Below are positions 56,216 through 64,000 of a stretch of DNA of 64,000 nucleotides, one piece after another. This DNA comes from the human T2T-CHM13v2.0 reference genome, Homo sapiens. Made by a program: the position numbers and the translations under genes. Location of the stretch: NCBI RefSeq assembly GCF_009914755.1, contig NC_060942.1, one strand, 5' to 3'. The notes under the pieces were generated by a model. The model was not told the origin of the DNA. It did no database searches and saw nothing but the letters and a program-made list of their open reading frames with translations. The stretch's first letter is position 1; every line of letters starts with the position of its first letter.

Positions 56216-57852
56216 GGTATAAACTAGAATGAAGGGGGAGGGAGAGAAAAATGGAGTGGTGCAGGAGGTTGCTAGCTGCTGAGTTAGGCAGGTGGATCCA
56301 GTCGTCTTCAGGCCAAGAGCATGAGGAAAACTAAAGAAAAGGAATTGCATCAGATCTTCATTGTTTTTCTTAATTGCTCTGACTGTATTTTGAAGACTGT
56401 TCTGCGATGAAGAAGGTGAAGGATAATGTAATGAGAAGGCTTGAAATAACCAGAGTAATCTTGAAAAACAGAAATGCTAACAAATACACTCTATGGAGAA
56501 TGCATAGAGAGAGGAATAGCTGCAGATCCACTCACCTTTCTTGGTAATTAATAAATTTAAAGAGGCTTTGGGACTAATGAGCCTGATGAGTGTGTTCCAT
56601 GCCTCTGTTAGAGTCACACGTTCACTCTTCCTTTTGTGTCTTTTTTTAGAGACACAGCCTTTGTGTCCTTGTTTCTGGTTTGCACATGAACAAGAATTTG
56701 TTTCTGTATTTATTTGCTTGTTTTTGTAGCAACAATAACTGGGGATTTGGTTTTATTCTCTGACCCTTTCAGATATCTGAAAATGAATGAGTGAAATCTA
56801 TTTGCTTGAATAAGAGAGAACAGGGAATCCACTTTCTTAGTATTTTTGTTGTTGTTTGTGGATTTGCTATTTTGAGCTCAAATCAATAAGAATTTTGAGC
56901 TCAGTGGAAAGGACAGCTCTTTGACATCAGCACTGGTAAATTTTGTTGGCGTTTTTCTTTCTGTGTTTATTTTTGACCTTTAGCTGTAGTGCTGGGACTA
57001 AAGCTATATACTCCCTATGTGTCTATGTGTCTATATGTGAGAAATTGTGTGAAGTTAATATGTCTTCCTGTCTCTATATGGTATTAATAAATTTGATTTT
57101 AACTCTCTTAAGTTAAAGGAGCTCTGTTCTAATGTATTTGAAGTGATAAATAAATGCTTATATCAATTTAATATTCCTAAAATTCCAGAAGAGAGGAAAT
57201 TAAACATCTAAGAATTTCCTAACTCAAGACACATTTTAAAAATTCAACTCACAAAATTAGCTTTGACAAATCAGACTCTTTTAATAATTTTGACTTTTAA
57301 AGCGAGCTGTATGTTTTCTAGATTATCAGTATCCTAGATAGCACAAGCGTACATTGTATTTCACTTGGATTCATTTTCTCATGTAGAGAGTAATCTGAAT
57401 TTCCTAATCTAATACAAATTACTGATCAAAGAAAAAATATTACTGCAATATAAAGTTTAAGATTATGAAAAAGCAATTTGTGTTCAACTAAAATGAATCG
57501 CTTTTCTCATAAACATTTTATACTAACAGTAACTATATTTTGAAGTGTATCAGTTTCAACACATTTTCCAATATCTGTAGGTACTAAAACCTTAGTCTAA
57601 TGTTAAATGGAGCTAATTAATGAACAATTCTTAAATACCTACATAATTTCCAACTAAACTAGGAAATTAAAACATTGACTTCTAAGCACACATTTAGTTG
57701 ATATGCGATGCAATGTATTTAACTGATATAGCTGATATAGTTTTAATTGCTGTAGAGAGGCTATCTTATAGGTCATGTTAAGGAACATGTTAATTTTTGC
57801 TAATTTTAGTATCCAAAGCATGTGTATCACTATGTGTATTCATGAGACTTTC

Positions 57853-58325
<473 letters not shown>

Positions 58326-59529
58326 TGCTTTCTCATTTTCTACAAATATTTGTAGATGGCACACATTTATTAATTCATACTCCCAATTTGCTCTGTAAAG
58401 TTAGGTATTTTTATCAAAATGTATAGTTTATGTCGCTAATTAGTGCTGTACTAAAAGCAGTAAGGAAAGAATTCTAGGTCTTGGAGCAAAGTGATAGATT
58501 AATTTTTTGTTTATGAATGAAAAATAATATGCAGTTTGGTCCTAAAGTGACTAGTCAGTCTAGAAAATGAAAGAAGATAGTACAAGACAAACCTTGAATA
58601 GATACAGAAAGTCATAGAATATTTGCAGAAAGAAAATGTATCCAGCTCGTTTTAAAACTTCAAATGATGGATCCCAAAAGAAGTAATGGAATGTGTTAAT
58701 ATTTTTAAGAGTTTGCTCAGTTTTGATGGGTTTATTCACTAGATAGTTTTAAAAGGGAGCTCATGGATCCTTTACTCCTAAATATTATAAAAATGAAAAG
58801 CTAAAATTTAGTATTCTCTCTGCTAAAATGATATATTGGTAACAGAGTGTTTGGTTTAAACTAGGGATAATACCTTCTGTAGAAGCTGCCCAGATATCGG
58901 ACATTCCATATCTCACCCCCAAAATTTTATCTGCATTGTGCTGACTTTGTCATGCCCTTGATGGCAAAAGAGTTAAGAATTCTTGCAATTGTATTACTTT
59001 CTTGGTATGCTTATTTTAAACTATTTTATTGTCACTTTGATAAATAGGTAACCAAGTGTTGTTTCTCAGACACACATGACCCTATCTTTTTGAATGTCCA
59101 AATCTCCTCTGACAACTGTTTTGATGTTTGCCTTTTCAAAATAGAATACTAAATTTCGTCAAAACTAAAATACCTCTAATGCTAAAAAACATCATTGAAA
59201 ATTCAAAAGATCCCCAGAAAAACACTAAGTTTTGTTGTTTCACGTTAGGAAAAAAAAATACTAGAGATATTTAAGTTTGTTTCATATATTTCATAATTTC
59301 CATTTAGTTCTACTAGTCCAAGAGATACATGTAAAGAAATATCAAAGCAGAAGAAACACTGCACTTTCCCTAGGCTAGGTTTGTTTAGATAAGATGTAAT
59401 CAACGTGAAGATTTCAGAAACTGTATATTTTATGAGAAGGCCCTGAGCATGTTCTTGCCCCAAGATAGATAAAAACTCTTATGAAATAGTTATATATGGT
59501 TACTCAGCAGATAATTCTAATTTACCCTA

Positions 59530-59937
<408 letters not shown>

Positions 59938-60898
59938 CTATATGTCATATTCTGTGTATTTAATAAAGAAGGAGCACAGCCTCATGGAAAATGTGTATCA
60001 GGTGCTTTAAACTATAAATACTCAAAGAAGTTACAGGCTTCTGAGCTGACTTCATCAAGGCAGCTTTTGGACCAGACCAGCAAACCAAATCAAGATTTCC
60101 AGGACTCTTTTTAGTCAAGAAGAAACCATTCTTCATGAAACCAGTTATTTGACCCTAGGTTTCACAGAACAAGAATGAATTACACAGCAGATAATTAGCT
60201 GATAGGGAGAATTATTTATAGCTATTTACTTTCAATATTATTGATGCTGCCTTTTCCCTTTTTATAGAAATTCATTTTTCTTGTCTCTAATCATCAACTC
60301 TTTTATTAGATTCTGCTTTTATAAACTGAAATAAACCTTTTATTGAACCTCAGAATGTAAAAACTCTTACTGAGTCTCCGTATTTTTGATAGTGATATAT
60401 CATTACTTATGTAGGTTCCATAAAATCTGTTCTCCTTCACATCTAGACATAAATGGAAGAAATCAATTGTACAACAAAAGCCTTACTCAGAGTGTCATAT
60501 TTGGAAATGTTCTCATTAAATCATATATGACATTCCACTTTATATGTAAATCCAGGGCTGGAAAATTCTCCCAGGATACTGACCTGATCCTTGCTTCCAG
60601 GCTAAGAAGTTAACTTGGAAAAGTTGGAGGTGCCATAAGAAAAGAGGAATTTACTCAAGTTTATAGGAACTGCAGGTTAAATATAATTGACAGAGGCTTG
60701 GCTTTAATTATTCCCCCTGAGGACAGCAAGTAACAGAGGTTTTTAAAAGTCCACTGTGAGATTCCTTATGAAAATAGCCACACCGGAGTTAATTCTGTGA
60801 CTTCAGATGCTCAGTATTGCATGGCTCTTTATTTGCAAAGCGAACTCAAAGAGTCCCGCATAATTAACACTCTTGCGGCACCCGTATAAATCTAACGT

Positions 60899-61435
60899 TC
60901 TGGTGGATAGACGGTAAGATGAACGCGAAGGATCCCTACCTCCTGGTGGGCTGACTTCCCAGTTGCTCCTAACCCACAGAATGTGGCAAAGCTCATGAGT
61001 TGTCATTCTGATGACTAGGCTGCAGAAGTTAGCAACATCTGTGTTACTGGGCAGATCCTCTCTCTTTGGTTATCTTAGAATGCACACGTTGCTGAAGCAA
61101 GGTGCATGTTGGAGAGGAAGGAAGGAATTCTAGTTGTTACTTAGCAGACACTTTAGCATGGCAAGGAAATGTGGACAACCTTGAGCCAACAGGTAGCTAG
61201 AAGTCTTCCGTCCAACAAGCTTTGAAGTACTGAATCGTAACTACTACAAATACCTGAGCATAAAATCAGATTCTTCCCCAGTCAGAGCCTTCAGATGACT
61301 GATGCTGCAGAGGTCACAGCTCAGGGTCCTGAACCAGAGAAATCCCTGGGCCAGAGAAACTGTAACAAAATTAATGTGTGTTTTTTGAAACCACTAGGTT
61401 TCGGATAATTTCTTACACAGCAATGAATAATTAGA
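60899..61435 (+). mobile_element. MLT1F-like MaLR LTR
   Basis: gattcttccccagtcagagccttcagatgac...agaaactgt...ccactaggtttcggataatttcttacacagcaat. Confidence 0.75.
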
Positions 61436-62669
61436 GCAAACCTAATAAACCCAACATTTTTTTGGTTTGTGATAAAAAATCTAATTTCTGGGGCTTTTGA
61501 CAAGCACAAGGATGGGAAATACCGTCAATAAAAAACTTTAAATGGGCACAATTTCTACTGGGTATCTTTAAAATGGAATTCTGGTTGTTAATTAGCAGCC
61601 CATTTGGAATTATCTACTTCTATAGGGTGTTTGTATTCCATTGACTTTGAATTTTATAACTCTTGAAGTTGAAGAAAAACTGATTGTAAATACAAGTTAT
61701 TTATGTCTAGAGAGACGTAAATTTCATCTGGTGAAGATTCAATTGATTTCTACTTCATGGAAGAAATAATCTGAATATTACATTTTATGCTTATGAATAT
61801 TGACAAATTTGGCAGCACTTAGCAATTAATCTCAGCATTTCTGACCGTGTACATATGTGTTTATCTTGTCTTTGAATTATCTTATGAGTCAGTTTTAACT
61901 ACTTTTAAAAATGTTTGACACGCATTCATTTTCTAATAACATGAAAACCATGATCTTACATATCCTTAATAAAATATTATTTAACAGGCCTCATTCAATA
62001 TTGTGAAACCATATAATTAGAACCCATTTGAGCTATAAAATAATTTGTCACTTAGTCATTAAGCCACTCACTTTCTCAATATCTAATCCAATATTTTACA
62101 ATGTTGCTTTGTTTAAGGCACAAAGGCGTTTACATCCTAGGGTAATGTACACAATTAGATTCAGGATTTCCGAGGGTAACATCATTGCTTTTAAAGCAGG
62201 TAAAGAGAGACCGGCAGGGTGTTGGAAAAGTAGAAGCAGAAGGAAGCAGGAAAACACTGGTGTTAGAGGTGCGTGGATTAATTGAGTAAATACATGTAGA
62301 GCATTTAGAAAGCACCTGCAAAGAGCAAACACTTGAGCTCAGTGAATGTTCGTTTTTATTTACTTGTGTTCTACAGATCACACAGAAACCTGTCTCAAAA
62401 CTGCCCCCAAAAAGACCCTGAATTGGGCTTATTGTGAAGTGACATGATACTTTAATTTATGGGAATTGTTATGTAATAGTAGACATGTAAGAAACATTTA
62501 TTGAATAAATGGTATCTCGCAACTGGGGAAAAAGCCTTTTTTCTGGGTAATGTTTTCAGACAATGCTTTATTTTAAACTTGAATTATTTACCCTATATAT
62601 TCCATAATTTCTATTCTTATTCACATACAAAATAAGCATACTATACCTATGTGTTAGCCGTTCTATATC

Positions 62670-62945
62670 CCCATGTCTTCTGTCTTTCAGGCTAAATGCC
62701 CGGTATTCTTCTGCATTCTCCGCATGGCACAGGGTTTAGCTGTGCCCTATCACTCCCATTTTGAACATTCCTCAGCTTGTCTACCTGCCTTACAATATGG
62801 GGTGAACTGCTCCAGGTGTGGCATGACTGGAATGGACAACACCAATGTTGGTGTTACTCTCCTTCCTGAGTTTAGTCTTCTATTTGTTTAGTTTAAGGCT
62901 GCATTGGATGTTATTGAAGCCTCAGCCTACTGCTGCCTCATACAG
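62670..62945 (-). mobile_element. L3/CR1 fragment
   Basis: ttcaggctaaa...gaactgctccaggtgtggcatgac...taaggctgcattgg resembles antisense L3. Confidence 0.65.
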
Positions 62946-62954
62946 AGGTTACTT

Positions 62955-63590
62955 GCAACGTGCCTGTTTTGTATCCATATTTTTGTATTTTCCTTGTATA
63001 CATAAATATCCAGTAGCATGAAAACTGGTACATGTGGTAAGTGTATATATAACTTTATAAGAAACTTCCAAACTCTTTGCTGAAGTGGCTATTCCATTTT
63101 GCATTATCACCAGGAAAATATCAGTTTCAATACTTCTACTGACTTATTTTTTTAAAAAGCCATTCTAGTAGGAATGTAATGGTATCTCACTGTGCTTTTC
63201 TATTGAATTATTCTAATGACTAATGATGCTCATCTTCTTTTTCATGTATTTATTTATAATCCATATCTGTAATGTTTTAATGTATTCAACAAATTGGACT
63301 GGTAGTCATTACTATTGAGTTGTAAATAGTTCTTTACATTACTACATGTAAGTTCTTCCTAGGTATATGTTTCGCATTTTTTTCGGATCTGTGGAATGTC
63401 TTTCCATTTTCACAAAGCTGTCTTAAAGAAAAACTAGAATGCTTTACTTTGGATTAACTAATTTATCTTTTTTTAATGGTTGTTTTTGTGGCTTAAGGTC
63501 ATAAAACCTATGTTTTTTTCAGAAGTGTTATGATGTTAGGTTTTACATTTAGGAGTCTGATTCCTTTTGAGTTAATTTTTTATGTGGCAT
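62955..63590 (-). mobile_element. old L1M fragment
   Basis: aactttataagaaacttccaaact...ccattttgcatt...agccattctagtagg...ggtatctcactgtg...taatgactaatgatg. Confidence 0.85.
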
Positions 63591-64000
63591 TGAGACGGCC
63601 AGGTGGGAAGGGCTCCCTGGCAAAATTCCAACTGGCCAGCGCGTTGGGAGGGGTGCGCGCTGGGAGGGGTGCGCGCTGGGAGGGGTGCGCGCTGGGAGGG
63701 GTGCGCGCTGGGTGGAGCCACAGAAGTTGACAGCCTCTGCAGCAGGGAGGAGCCTGGCTCCTGCTCTTCCTGTGTGGAATCTGGGATTCAAACTGTGAGG
63801 CAGGAAGCACACCTGCAGTGACTCTGGCTTTGTGGAGTGTCTGTTTCCCCTCTGGCTTTGTGGAGTGTCTCTGTTTCCCCTTTTCTTCCTTTTCATCCAA
63901 TAAAATCCTGCCTTACTCGCCCTTCAAATTGTCTACAATCCTAAATTTTCGTGGCTGTGTAACAAGGACCCCATCTTTAGCTGAACTAAGGAAAGGTCCT
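63591..64000 (+). mobile_element. MER61-type ERV1 LTR (runs off the window end)
   Basis: tgagacggccaggtgggaaggg...ggaggagcctggc...aataaaatcctgccttactc...ctttagctgaactaaggaaa matches recalled MER61A consensus. Confidence 0.8.
63639..63712. repeat. 16-bp GC-rich tandem repeat x4.6
   Basis: gcgcgctgggaggggt. Confidence 0.95.

Noticed and set aside
63549-63900. GC-rich ORFs and a possible CpG-island promoter
   Set aside because: Explained by the 16-bp repeat inside an LTR; the CpG-rich part is under 100 bp.

Overview
AT-rich, CpG-depleted primate (human-like) genomic DNA that looks intronic or intergenic. I recognise no protein-coding exon, RNA gene, CpG-island promoter or gene, so the locus is unidentified. 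A large fraction is interspersed repeat: about 17 Alu copies or fragments, old and young L1 fragments, L2/MIR/L3, two hAT MITEs, many MaLR/ERVL LTRs (three THE1, MST, MLT1, MLT2, and an LTR-int-LTR MLT1A-type element), an ERV1-like internal block and a MER61-type LTR at the right edge. Subfamily calls are from recalled consensus sequences, and boundaries of old repeats are approximate. The most notable structure is local sequence-copying: a 57-bp insert flanked by a 20-bp duplication and copied in inverted orientation from about 1.25 kb away; a 28/30-bp inverted copy at an L1 5' junction; a nest of perfect hairpins at an MLT2 LTR end; five minisatellites born inside old TEs (one opening a ~200-codon ORF); and two homology-guided Alu-in-Alu chimeras. 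I see no convincing new multi-gene system.
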